Positions 41,022 through 54,540 are shown, numbered from the stretch's first letter. The stretch: DNA of 57,432 bases from Perkinsus chesapeaki ATCC PRA-425 (GCA_013115145.1 JAAPAO010000176.1:1-57432); one strand, 5' to 3'. Translations and numbers: made by a program. Notes: generated from the letters alone by a model not told the origin.

Positions 41022-42130
41022 GTCGGACGTCCAGCCTAAGCTGGTATGAAAGTTAATAGAAATGAGTTCCATCAACTTTCAGATGAATACTGCGGCAAAA
41101 GCAAACAGTGGGACCACCTTAATGTCCATTTAATATATACCCACATGAGGGTATACCCCCTAACACACGTCTAAAAATGTGAATAGTAATACTAATACTA
41201 GTCATACGTTGACATGCGAGCAAATGAACAGGCAATAAAAATGCGTTATTTAATACATTCGGTAGCGATTTGGAAATGACACCAGTAACCCCTATAACAA
41301 CTGGAACTGGATTGCTATTCTATTTCAGTAACCCGGATATAACAATGCTAACTGCTCTTGTAATAATAAATAAGCTTGATATTCCCCTCTTTTCTAATAA
41401 CCCCAAAGTCATTGGAAACAGCTATCTCAGCAACAATCACTATCTTTCTAATGTTAATAAGAACACATAAAATATCAGGCTTATAATGATGCTCAAGGGT
41501 GAATGGTGTGAATCGGGGGGGAGGGGCTGATCCCAATATACACTGTATACTCTGTCTGGTGATACACATGGTGGTCTCGTCGTCGTCGTGGTCCACCACC
41601 TATCCTGAAACTCAATACCAAGCAACTCAAAACATGCCTCTCTATACACAACATGCCAACTGCAATTCTATTATGCCTATCCAAATACTCATACACATCA
41701 TTTGCCACAGTTGTTGTGCATATCCAAGATGCAGGTATGCATGAAATACAGTTTCAACCTAATCAGCTGCTCCACACAATTAGCAGTAGTAGCAGCAGCA
41801 GCAGCTACATGAAACATTTTAAACCCCCTTACAATAAAAATTAATAATATTATTCTCACCTAACAACTGAGCTTGGATTATTGGATAATAATAATAACTA
41901 ACAACTGCTACTTCATTTTTATTTGGTAGTAAATTTTGAGGAATTCTCAGATACGTATAAGTTAAGTCATCACTTTCAAGATACTTAACATTATTAAGTG
42001 ACCCTATAACATTGTCAGCCTTACAATTAATACCAAACATTCCCTTAGTAACATATTTCTGAAGTAGTACCCCTCATTTAGATCACATTGTCATCAGCCT
42101 GATCCAGAAATAGGTTTATGGTAGTATTAT
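41022..42130 (-). mobile_element. Degenerate 3' end of a non-LTR retrotransposon with a restriction-like endonuclease (R4/NeSL/CRE-type)
   Basis: Frameshifted, stop-containing fragments in the expected order: IIQAQLLGENN, C*LCGAAD*VETVFHA (CCHC knuckle), YLDRHNRIA, HYKPDILCV...VAEIAVSND (PD-(D/E)xK-like), PVVIGVTGVISKSL. Confidence 0.8.
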
Positions 42131-42310
42131 ATTACTATATAGGTAATATATTACAAAAGACACAATGCACAGATTAAAATACTAAAGGCATGGAGAAGAA
42201 GAAGAAGAAGGAGTTATAATAACATACCTGATCATGATGATCATAATGATACGATCATGAATACCTTTCCCTGTTATTATTAATAGTTATTATTAATAGT
42301 TATTATTACC

Positions 42311-42790
42311 GAGTGGGTGAAAGCCCATAATGGCTCAATAGGGAAGAACGATATAGCAGACACCCTTGCGAGGCTAGGAGGCATTAGCAGCAGCAGCAGC
42401 AGAAGAAGAAGGTCCAAGAAAACAACAAGAGTAGGAATTCCCGAACCCTTCACCCCCGCCGCCGTCTAAGAACGTTCACGGTGCACTGGACGAACGAAAA
42501 AGACACCAACTGTCGGTACTGTGGTAGTAAGGAGAACGAAACAACGGTACACCTTCATCAGTGTACTACCTGGAGTAAATGGAGAGACCGCTGGAGACCT
42601 GGCTGACAGTTGCTCTAAAACTAACCAAGAGCAACCTTATGACCCGGCGAGGCCTCGCTTGGTATGCCTCGGTATTTGATCCTAGGAGGGGGTCTGGGTC
42701 TGGCACGCCTTCTCGATTTCGGGTTTAACATACCAGCCTGCTAACTGGCTCGTTTAAGGCTGCTGCTCAGCCTTAAGCTTAAGGTGCAGC
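42311..42790 (+). mobile_element. Degenerate 3' end of an RNase H-containing LINE
   Basis: EWVKAHNGSIGKNDIADTLARLG (RNase H C-terminal motif), then NCRYCGSKENETTVHLHQCTTWSKWR (CCHC knuckle), then a GC-rich tail with a 9-bp stem-loop. Confidence 0.8.
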
Positions 42791-42871
42791 GGCGGCCATA
42801 CTCCTATACTGGCGGCACTCTCCTGCTACTGCTGCTGCTGCTGACTGGTGAAAGGGGGCAGAGAAGGGCTG

Positions 42872-45800
42872 ATGCACTATAGTTATTATGTTATATAGTT
42901 TTTTCTCTTTATTATTATGGTATTAGCTGGTAATGATCGTCGAGCGTATGATGAACTGTTAAAAGGGGAAATAGGACATTTTCGTAGCGAAGTTGGTTTA
43001 GATAATAGAATGGATATGGTATCATCAAATTGGTTACCAATGTAACAACGATAAAAACAATAATAACATTATCACAAGATCATCCTTTTACTGATTATTA
43101 TTAGATTCCTCTATTATACAACTGATAGATTATTCAAAACTGGATTTCAGAAGAAATTAGCAATAATAACACTTAAAGAATTAGTTAAATTACCGTACGC
43201 TAATCCACATTATATATGTAATAATAATAATAATAACTATTACTACTACTGGTTATAGTGCCAATAACAAAAAGAAGAAGTGAAACAACAACAACAACAC
43301 CTATACAATTAGCTGTATCATCTATTGACGGTGAATATGGTATTGAAGCCCTAAAATGGTAGTAGTAATAATAATAGTGGTTATTGTTGTTGCTGTTGTT
43401 GTTATTGTTGTTGTTGTTGATATTAGTTTATTAAGTATAGATGGTTGTAAAGAACGTTGTGGAGTTATGGTAACATCTGATGGATATACAGCATTAGAAA
43501 TAGCTAAGTTAAGGAATATACCAAAGATGATAGAATTATTAGTAATAATCATAATAATGAATAATAACTATTATTATTAATAATAATAGGATGAGTTGAA
43601 TATGGGTAAACTATCAAGTAACAATAATATATTAAAGAGGATATATAATAATAATACGAATAAAGACGAAGAACGACAAGAGCAGAAGCAGGAGGAGGAG
43701 GATGATGATGAGCAACCATATTATGATATAAATATGCGGGATGATGATACACACAATGATAATATCAAAGATAATAATAATAATAACAAGTTACAACATA
43801 GAACGAGAACATCATCAACATCAACAATACTAGCAGATAGTAAGGACAATTAAAGTATATATTATTATATACAGTTATTAGATAACATCATTACAACAAC
43901 AACACCATCATCAACTAGTAGAAGTAGGGTGACATCATCATCATCATCATCACCATCGTATCAATATCGTAGTAGTGGTAGTAGTCTACACAGTTGTTGT
44001 ATATGTAAAGATGATGATGATAATAATAATAATACTTATAATGGGTAATTAATGATAATAATTATGATGATGATTATATTATTATATTATTTGTATGGTT
44101 AGGTTAGTAAAATGTGATAAATGCAATAGATATGCACATAAAACATGTTATAAAGGTTTTATTATCAAAGGTGGGTCGATGACACAAAAGGGACGGCGAC
44201 ACAATAAAACATCAACAACAACAAGAATATGTTTATCATGTCGAGCGGTAATAGCAATGATGATAGTGTATTATTGTTGTTATTGTTGTTGTAATAGGGT
44301 TCATCATTACCATTCAAATGTGGTATTTGTAATATGGATGATAATAAAGGTTCATTAATGGTATATAGAAGTGATTTACCTGGACAGTTTGTACATTTAA
44401 GATGTTCCTTATTTCTTAAACCAGATCGAGTAGTAGTCATTATTATTAATAATAAATAATATGTTACTATAAATAATATAGTCAGTTACGGCAAGATGCT
44501 TTATATTCAAATGATAAACTGCAAATTATTGGCAATTTAGTTAAGATTGGCCGTCGTAGACATTGTTATATATGTTCTAAACCTGGAGGTGTAATAATTA
44601 TTATTGTTATTTTATCCTACTACTACCACTACTACTTGTTATTTAGTTTCGGTGTGGTTATCCTGGTTGTAGTGTACGTTATCACATAACTTGTCTTGAT
44701 AATAATAATAATGATTGTTGTGGATATGGTGGATACAAAAGGATAATAAGAGGACCAGGAAAGAAGATAACAGTGAATAATAATATTGCGATGGAAAACT
44801 TCGAAAGAATGACTAAATGTAGTCATTCATATTTGAGAATGTATTAACAATAATAATAATACTACCAAGTTGTTCTTGTTCTTGTTCTTGTTGTTGGTGT
44901 TATTATTTATTATTATGATTAGATATTGCTCAAGACATATTAATGATAATTTATGTATATGTGGCGAAAGGATAACAAATGATGATAAAGAAAATAATAG
45001 GACAATGGATTGCTCTCTAAAAGGTAATATGAAATTATAATAATTTTGTTCTGTGTTATATTGAAATATATAATGTATTAATATAAAAACGGGGGCATGC
45101 TTTGGCTTTGGCAGGTAAAGGATGTGTATATGGTACATTACATAGAAAATGTATATTTAACAGAATGAACAAAGAAGAAGAAGAATTGGGAAAAGAAGGA
45201 GTCATAAATAATAGAGACGACGAACCATCTACAGCAGGCCCCTCCTCCTCCTGCAGCTGCAGCTGCTGTTGTCCTCATTGTAATGATTATTATTGAAGGA
45301 GTACTATTCAATATAATATTATTATTATTATTATCAGGTGAATTTTGTATATCATCATCTGGTAAATTACCACTAGGTCCATGTTTAAAAACATGTATTT
45401 ATTGTAATTATGCCTATCGTGATAGGTAATTAGGTTATTACTACTACTACTACAATAGATGTGTATTATATCTCTGTTATTATTAGGATAATATCATCTG
45501 ATGAAGAGTCTGATGGTGAAGAACTGGGAATAAATGATAATATACCTCATAAGGCTGTATTACCTAAACATAGACCTGCTAATGATAATAATAATAACAC
45601 CATTAATAATGATAATAAGAGAAGGAAGATAACAACAACAACGAGGGAAACAACTGAAGACAGAAAGATCGATATAGAACAGATTAATAACAAGAAGAGT
45701 AGCAGCAGCAGTATTGATGGAATTAATAATAATGTTGTAAAAAGCATCGTCGATGTAAAAGTATGTGAAGATAAAAGTTCATTAAAGGAATTAATAAAGG

Positions 45801-46102
45801 AATGTATTGATGAGGTTTTAGTAAGTTTTATTAATATTGTTGTTTTCCATTGTCATTGTCATACTTATTATTATTTTATATAGGTGCCTTGGTTATTAAT
45901 TGATATATTACAAAGAAACTCAATAAATAATATTGATGATTTAATGGTATTCTTATCTACACCACGATTATCTTTTATAATACCAGAACGAATAAGACAT
46001 GTAGTAACTAGCAATGAAAATCTATTAATGCTGCTGCTGCTGCTGATGATGGATGGATTATTATTAGGACCTCCAATACAAATGTACTACTATATTACAT
46101 AA
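42872..46102 (+). CDS. Ankyrin-like plus PHD / extended-PHD (PZP-like) chromatin reader (spliced; start uncertain)
   Basis: DGYTALEIAKLRNIPKMIELL (ankyrin-like), SCCICKDD...LVKCDKCNRYAHKTCY (PHD), and KCGICNMDDNKGSLMV...QFVHLRCSLF...CYICSKPGG (ePHD-like). Confidence 0.65.
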
Positions 46103-46267
46103 AGAGGATGACGCCTGTGGTGAGTATGAAAATAAAGATCTTTAATGAATCTTATTATCTTTTACCACAATATTATCATTTTGTGTTGTAGTAGTATTAT
46201 TATCATATTCGATATTAATATTATTAACAACAACTTATTAATAATATATATAAGATACAATTATCAA

Positions 46268-48055
46268 TTATAAATACTTATTATTATTGTCATTATCTTC
46301 CTTTTCTACAACACCAGCCGCATATGCCACACAACTATCATTACGACCTAATAATGATAATATTTAATAATAATATTAATAGTTAATTATCACTTGGCTT
46401 TGATGGTAGTATAGTTGATTGGTCATAACCTTTAAATGTAATATCATATTGTTCATTAACATTTCTTAATGTTTCCAATAATACACTTATTGGATGTCTT
46501 CCGCATATGGTATTACCAGTAGTTTGTAAATATCTTGCATACTTAATAATTATAATTATAATCATAATTATTATTACCTTTTAAATCCATCAAAATCTTG
46601 ATTAGATATTAAAGCCATACCTTCACGATCCATTGCTTCTATACCAGCATTAATAGGTTCAGTATCACCCTACTAATACTTCATAACAACAACAACAACT
46701 AATAATAATAATACTACTACTTACATTGAATACCATATCATCCGGGAATGTATCCTGTAATAATAATAATATCATACTCTTGCTGCTGCTTCTAGTATTA
46801 TTATTATTACTACCTTATCTGTTTGTAATTGAGTATATCTAAATCTTAAACCCCAATGACAGAAGTCGCTCGATATAACAAATAATGTACCTAATAATAA
46901 TAATAATAATCTTGTTAATAATAATAATCTTGTTAATAATACTATTTATTATAATCTATGTTATTATTATATAATATTACCTTCTTCTTTGAAATATTTA
47001 GCTAATAATCGACCAATAACTCTTTCAACATTTGCTGATAATACCCCAACTATTATCGGTACTATAGTAACATCATGCTTAACACTCTATTACCAACATT
47101 CATAATCATATATATTATATACAATAATATTAATAATAATAATGATATATTATTATTACTTGTCTATGTTTAAGTTGATGATATATTAATGGTAATTGCA
47201 TTTCTATCGAATGTTCATCTTCATCCTATATAATAATAATACATATTTTAACTACTACTACTTTATTATTATTATTCTATATCTATACATATTACTTCTT
47301 CTTTGCTAAATACAGTACCAAATTCGCTATCAGGTGTTTTTGATAAAGCTCTTAATTCTCCTAAGACCTCCTCATCTAATGGTAATGTGCCAAATCTAAT
47401 CATCATAATCATAATCATCATCATTGATAATAATAATAATAGTACGGTGTGTCGTATTCTTTTATATTTGGATTTGGTAATGCACAATTATCCAAATAAC
47501 GATGATGTGATGGTCCAAGTATGAATACTCTATTTACCTATAATAATAGTATTATATATTATTATTATACCTACTACTACTGCAGCAGCAGCAGCTATTA
47601 TATTATTATGGTATAATGTTATTATTACATTGTTAGATATTGCATTATAAGCACATGCTGCTACTTTACCACAATATCTATAACCTAACACCACCACCAT
47701 CACGATCACCACCATCATTATTATCATCATCACGACGAACAATATTATTATTATTATTACAGCATTCATTACCCGCATGAGGTGATATTATTGCTTTAGT
47801 TGATTTATTTGGTTTTGTTGATTCAACTAATGTAAAATAATTATCTAATTCGGAGCTTAATCGTTTAGGATCATTATCATACCTAATAATTATAATACTT
47901 CCTTATTTGTACATAACAACAACAATGATGATAATTCAATCCTACTACTACTACTACTAGTACCATGTCCCTCCATGGGAGGCATCCCTTATCGTATAAC
48001 ACGTAGTAGTAGCGTTATTGTTATTGTTATTGTATCTATTGTTGTCATCACTCAT
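46268..48055 (-). CDS. MEMO1: MEMO1 family protein (AmmeMemoRadiSam protein B), spliced
   Basis: IRDASHGGTWY, KAIISPHAGYRYCG, LGPSHH, EHSIEMQLP, SSDFCHWG, NTICGRHPI, YDQS, DSCVAYAAG. Confidence 0.93.
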
Positions 48056-48322
48056 GATTAATAATTTACAATTTACAATATTATCAAATAATAATAATAC
48101 TAATACAAGTAGCACCACTCTAAACACAATAATAATTATGATTAATGATAATGTTATTATTATATAATATTATAGTAATATTAAGTAACAGTATTAATAT
48201 ATAACGATTATATAACCACCACCACCTATATTATGATGATGATATATTATCATTTATAATCATCGGTCATATTATACAATAATAATAATAATAATAATAA
48301 TATTCCTCTTCCTCCTCCTCGA

Positions 48323-51300
48323 TCATCTTGGGTTATTATTATTATTATTATCAATCCCCCCAGCTCCTCCTCCTCCTCCTCCTCCTTGTTGTTGTGGATG
48401 TGTACCCGTTACAACATGACAGAACTTATCAAATGTCATACCTTCATGATGTGGATCAGTTATACCAGCCTAATGTTATTAATAATAATACTTTAATATT
48501 ACATTATATTATTACATCTGTAAATATATCAATAAGATCATCATCAGTTACTTCACTACCATCTGCATTAGATGTCATTCCCTCGTGTTTCAATACTTCT
48601 TTTAAACCTATTATTATTTTACAAATACTCTAATACCACAGCCACGGCGAGCAGGAGGTTGGCATTATTATTATTATTATTACCTTCAACTGTTATACGA
48701 CCTTCACTGAAGACATCCAAACGTTTAAAGACCTCTTGTAATTGTGTTGTATCAAACTTAATTCTATGTTCGCTCATAGCAGCCATAAAATCATTAAACC
48801 TGATACTGCTGATGCTGTCGTCGTCGTTATTATTACTTCTTATTATTATTACCCTATAGTATCCTCACCACTCCTACCTAATGATCTTACTATATCATCA
48901 ATATCATTTGATGTTACTTCATAACCCAATTGCTGCATACCTTGTACTAATTCATTGCCATCAATAAAACCATCACCATCTCTATCAACTGCCATAAATT
49001 TCTTGCGCATATCTTGTATTTGAAATTCAGTCAGTTCTTTAGCTAATAACTGAGAATAATATTACTAATAATAATACCATCATACTTAATATTTATTACT
49101 ACCTGCAACACTGCCTGTTTTAATTTATTGTGTGAATGATAATTTTTTAAACCTTCAAAAACTGAAACTGTTAATTGTGATTGGTGTCCATGTAATTGTG
49201 GTTTAAGAGGATCAAGGAACCATCTAATAATAATTATTATAACTACTACTACTGCTAGATGCTGATGATGATGAATATTATTATTACTTATGTTTTAATG
49301 CTTCTGCTGCTGATAATCTACCTTTAGGTGGCGGTATTTTCCATTGTTTATTTAATAATCTTTTACATAGATCTTTAGCATCAACTGATAATCTATCCCA
49401 CAAATGCGATGGATATTCTACTTCACCTAATAATTAATAATAAAAATAATAATAATAGAGATAATAATAATAATAGAGATAATAATAATAATAGAGATAA
49501 TAATAATAATAGAGATAATAATAATAATAGAGATAGNNNNNNNNNNNNNNNNNNNNNNNNNNNNNNNNNNNNNNNNNNNNNNNNNNNNNNNNNNNNNNNN
49601 NNNNNNNNNNNNNNNNNNNNNNNNNNNNNGAGATAATAGTAATAGAGATAATAATAATAATTAATACTATTATTACGTTTAAGTATCTTAGCTTTTACCG
49701 ATTGATCATCATCAACATTTGGATCATAAAACGGATGTACCCCAGTTAATAACTCATACTAAATAACAACAACAAGCAGCATCAGCATCATCATGACATT
49801 GCCCCACATCCTCCTATTACCAATATAACACCTATACTCCATACATCAGTTAATTCATTATAATCCCCTTGTATCATTTCTGGTGACATAAAATGTGGTG
49901 TACCAGCTCTTTGCATAACCATTCTTGTTGTATATTCTTTAACAACCTTCTTACCTTTAATACTTGGCATCATTTTAGCCAATGCACCAGATATACCACC
50001 TAAAAACAACAACAACAATAACAACAAGGAGAAGGAGTAGTAGTAGTAGTAGTAGTACAAGTGGTGGTATCAGTATCAGTATTATGGCTTATTATTATTA
50101 AAAATTATTACACTTATTACCTTTTTCCACTTTAACTTCTTTCTTGTTTGCCTTTAAATCATCTAAAGTACAACTTAGACCAAAATCAATTATTTCAAGA
50201 GGGGATTCTCTTGTGCCTAATAATAATAATTGTATTATTAATAATTATTACTATTATTATTACGATTAATAAATAATATATTTTCAGGTTTTAAATCTCT
50301 ATGTAATACACCTTGTTTATGACAATAAGCAATAGCTGATAATATTTGCTGCATATACATAGCGACTTGTCCTTCTGTCATTGGACTATGTAATCTTTGA
50401 TAATGATAATCAATTCTATCCTGTAGTGAACCACCTTCACATAATTCCATTATTAGATACATATTAGACCCTAATGGAGTAGGAAGAGGAGTAGGAAGGA
50501 GTATTACTATTATTATTATTACTACCATCAACATAAGTTTCATATAACTTGAGTATATTAGGATGATCTAATGATTTTAATAGATCTATCTCAGTTTGTA
50601 TTAGTTTTCTCTGTTGTGGTGAGTGTAACTGATTATTATATATTATTATTATTATTACTAGTATTATTATTATTACACCAACAGCTTTACATGCTCTAAC
50701 ATGCTTAGTAGCTTTATGTCGCACTACTAGTACTTTCCCAAATGCACCTTCACCAGCTTTATCAAAGAATTCATAATCATCAAATATTGCTAAACGATTC
50801 TATAAACAACAATAATAATATTATTGATAACAATACTAATTATTATTATTATTACTTTATAACTTGGATATAAGACAGAATCTCTGAAATTAACCCTTCT
50901 TGAAATATTATTAGATGATCCTGCTGCTGCTGCTGTTGATCCTCCTCCTCCTCCTGCTGCTGTTGTTGTTGTAGAATAATCTCTTTTACTATCATCTTCT
51001 ATTGGTGATATAATAATACTACTGTCTGTAGTATCCTGCAACAATAATAATAATACTATTAACTTAATAATATTATTATTACTACTTGTATTATTTTATT
51101 ATCATCATCATCTATAAATCTACTATTCATTACCTTACTTATCTGTTTTCTACTACTATTATTATCATCTGGTATACTAATAATAAGGTATTTATAAACA
51201 ATAATAGTATTGCTATTATTACCTTGTTATACTTCTTGCTGGTAATAAAGATGGTAATGTCCTGCTCATACTCACACTCCTGCTCCTGCTCATACTGCTG

Positions 51301-52258
51301 CTGCTGTCCATCACATTTATTTCATTATTAACACTTCTATTAGATCTTTCATAATAACCATTATTATTATCTTCATTATCATTAGTATTAACAGCCGGTT
51401 CAGATGCCTGATACAGGATATTATAATATTATATATTCCCTATTACATTGCTAACATTATCACTATTAATATTATCAGCGTAACAACAACAACCATTATC
51501 AGTCATCTTTTTATGAACCCTCCTTGTTGTTGTTGTTGATGCTGATGTTGTGGTTGTTGGTAATGATATCGATGCTGAATGTGACAATCTATTCTCAGCC
51601 TTCTTTATTCTCCTTTCTGCATGATGTTCATAATATTGTAAAACTATCTCTAGAAAATCATTATAGTGTATTAAACCATCTTGATCTCTATCAAAATTAT
51701 GAAATACTAATTCATACCAATAATCATTGGGATATGGTACTTCACCACGTAACTAATAATAATTAACATATAATAATACTACATTACTACCGCTACTACC
51801 TGTTGAAACACAAATGATAACGCGGTCTTATTTTGTTGTAAATCAATATATCTACAATCTTCACTATCTACCCATCGAAATGCAGTATCAGACATAGATT
51901 CAATTTTAGATAATGATGTTAATTTAACACCAACCCTTCTAGCTCGAGCAATAAGATTATTATTAACAATCGCCGCACCACCACCACCACCACTTGCAGT
52001 ATTAGTATTATTATTACTACTTTCACTATCGTTATTCATTCTTATCATATCTACATGATCGTCTTTATTATTATATTGGTTATAGGATGATCCTTTACTA
52101 AACCCCTTCTTCCTCAATGAAGATGATGATCCCTGCGACCCTCCTTCTCTTGAACTCCTTCTTATTGATTTATCATTATTAATTATTTCCCCATTATTTG
52201 GTGTTTTACTATTATTTGGAATATTATCACGATGATCACGACCACTGACGATACTCAT
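48323..52258 (-). CDS. Calcium-dependent protein kinase with N-terminal and C-terminal EF-hands (CDPK6-like architecture), spliced
   Basis: Kinase motifs GEGAFGKV, RACKAV, LHRDLKPEN, IIDFGL, GTPHFMSPE. C-terminal EF loop DRDGDGFIDGNE. N-terminal EF loop DRDQDGLIHYND in an upstream exon. Linking the N-terminal exons is inferred from exon spacing. Confidence 0.85.
49445..49661. repeat. 18-bp intronic minisatellite spanning an assembly gap
   Basis: Unit AGAGATAATAATAATAAT: 5 copies before the N-run (49537-49629) and degenerate copies after it. Confidence 0.9.
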
Positions 52259-52284
52259 TATTATAATATAATAAACATAAAACT

Positions 52285-52655
52285 AATAATAACAATAACT
52301 CAATAATACTATTATTAATACGTTATAATAACAATAACTCAATAATACTATTATTAATNNNNNNNNNNNNNNNNNNNNNNNNNNNNNNNNNNNNNNNNNN
52401 NNNNNNNNNNNNNNNNNNNNNNNNNNNNNNNNNNNNNNNNNNNNNNNNNNNNNNGTTATAATAACAATAACTCAATAATACTATTATTAATATGTTATAA
52501 TAACAATAACTCAATAATACTATTATTAATATGTTATAATAACAATAACTCAATAATACTATTATTAATATGTTATAATAACAATAACTCAATAATACTA
52601 TTATTAATATGTTATAATAACAATAACTCAATAATACTATTATTAATATGTTATA
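52285..52655. repeat. 39-bp intergenic minisatellite spanning an assembly gap
   Basis: Unit GTTATAATAACAATAACTCAATAATACTATTATTAATAT: 5 full copies from 52455 and about 2 before the N-run (52359-52454). Confidence 0.95.
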
Positions 52656-53615
52656 ATATAAATGGTATAATAGCACACCGCTTTTTGGGATAATTATCAA
52701 ATTTATGTTTATACCAATAATGATTATTATATGCATTTATCGATAAATTAACTATAACAAATATAGTACAATATAAGAACGGTAAGAGTGATAATGATGT
52801 AGTTGATGAAGTAGTTGATATTGGTATATATAATATTATAGTTAATGTTATATATATGATAATTTCACAAGTATAATGAGGAGATGATATATAATTGAAT
52901 AATATATTACCATATGGTATACCATAATTACCATTATTATTATATTTAATATTATTTAATAAATAATGTATTCTATTTTGATAATACTGTGCAAATATAT
53001 TAATAATAATACATATAATATATATTAATATATTATAATTATCACTATTATAACTCAATAATATGGATAGTGGCATTAAGATATAGAACCTAATAATACT
53101 ATTACAATCTATACTATTATATATAGAGATACTACTATTACATTATTCCCAGTATATATGCAGTTATATGCATTTTACCGTTATTATTACATTTATTATT
53201 ATTGATAGTCTCTTCTAATAATCTTCTTATTAAATGTATATCTAATAATAATAATGTTATAACTTTTTTGGTATCTGATAATATAATATAGATAAATAAT
53301 TATTAATATATTATTACTTAATATATTATAAAAACAGTATATTATAATACTATTAAACAGAGTACCAATAAGATAGAAATCCCTAAAATGTGTTTTAGTT
53401 ATATATATATTATTAAACCATTCTAATAACCACCAATTAGCAGCAGTAGAAGTAGTACTAGTATTCTTAGAGATAAGTAGTTTACCGTGCATACTCCATT
53501 TTTTAAGATATGGTATTTTAGGTGATATTAATGCTAATATAGTTAATAATAACCATAATATACTTAATAACCAACATAATCTATAATAATATAATGATGT
53601 TGATGATGATGACAT
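52651..53615 (-). CDS. Polyprenol reductase / steroid 5-alpha-reductase family (SRD5A3/DFG10-like), spliced
   Basis: SMHGKLL, HFRDFYLIG, YGIPYGNILFNYISSPHYTCEIIIY, NLSINAYNNHYWYKHKFDNYPKKRCAIIPFIL. Confidence 0.85.
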
Positions 53616-54540
53616 GATTAATAATAGACACTACTGGCATAATAAGAGAACTCGAGTTCAAATCCTCCGTACGACATTTTTAAATACATTTATTATCTTG
53701 TTCATTCTCATTCCCATCATCTCTATCATCTTCATGGTATTATGTAATAATAATAATGAAGAACAACAATCACCTATCGATATTAATAATGATTGTATAG
53801 ATTTATCTAAACGTATTGAACCATTTAATATTAGTTATTATAATAATAGTATTGTTATCAATGATGATACTGTTATTAACACTGGTACTACTTTTCAAGT
53901 TAATATATCATCATCATCATCGAATAATTATATTTTAAATAATGTTAGAGATTATTATAATCCATTAATAGTTAATAATGATGTATATATTATGGATCAA
54001 TTCCATTTACATTGGGGTAATAGCAATAATGGTGGTAGTGAACATACTATTAATGGTAATAGTTATATAGGTGAATTACATTATGTACATTATAATAGTA
54101 AATATAATACATTTAATAATGCATTAGATAAATATGGTGGTATTGTTGTTATTGCTGTATTTGTTGATATTGATCATCATGATAATAATCCATCTATTGA
54201 TGTTATATTAAAACAATTATATAAAGATAATAATAACTCCGAGAATTACAATGATAATAATAATAATAGTATTAATATGAGATATATAATACCAAATGAT
54301 ATTAATAATAATTATTATACATATAATGGTTCACTAACTACGCCTAACTATAATGAAGGCGTTATATGGTATATATCAAATAATACAATCAATATATCTT
54401 ATAAACAATTAATATTATTACGTAATTTAACTGATAATAATGGTAATTATCTATGCCCTAATTATCGTATATCACAAAGTTTAGGAAGTAGGAAGGTTAA
54501 TATAAGTAATGGATTCAATAATAAGAATAATCGACGATAA
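53614..54540 (+). CDS. Alpha-carbonic anhydrase with an intact Zn triad (intronless; start may be the ATG near 53734)
   Basis: QSPIDI, QFHLHWG (His94/His96), GSEH, ELHYVH (His119), YNGSLTTP, NYR. Confidence 0.92.
   Translation: MINNRHYWHNKRTRVQILRTTFLNTFIILFILIPIISIIFMVLCNNNNEEQQSPIDINNDCIDLSKRIEPFNISYYNNSIVINDDTVINTGTTFQVNISSSSSNNYILNNVRDYYNPLIVNNDVYIMDQFHLHWGNSNNGGSEHTINGNSYIGELHYVHYNSKYNTFNNALDKYGGIVVIAVFVDIDHHDNNPSIDVILKQLYKDNNNSENYNDNNNNSINMRYIIPNDINNNYYTYNGSLTTPNYNEGVIWYISNNTINISYKQLILLRNLTDNNGNYLCPNYRISQSLGSRKVNISNGFNNKNNRR

Noticed and set aside
41040-42737. Inverted 9-mer GCTGGTATG / CATACCAGC bracketing the two LINE relics, as possible TIRs
   Set aside because: Only 9 bp, not at the compositional boundaries, no target duplication. 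The contents are better explained as two independent retro-insertions.
45235-45244. AGGCCCCTC near-match to the PUFA motif
   Set aside because: It lies inside a coding exon (TAGPSSS) and is not near a start codon.
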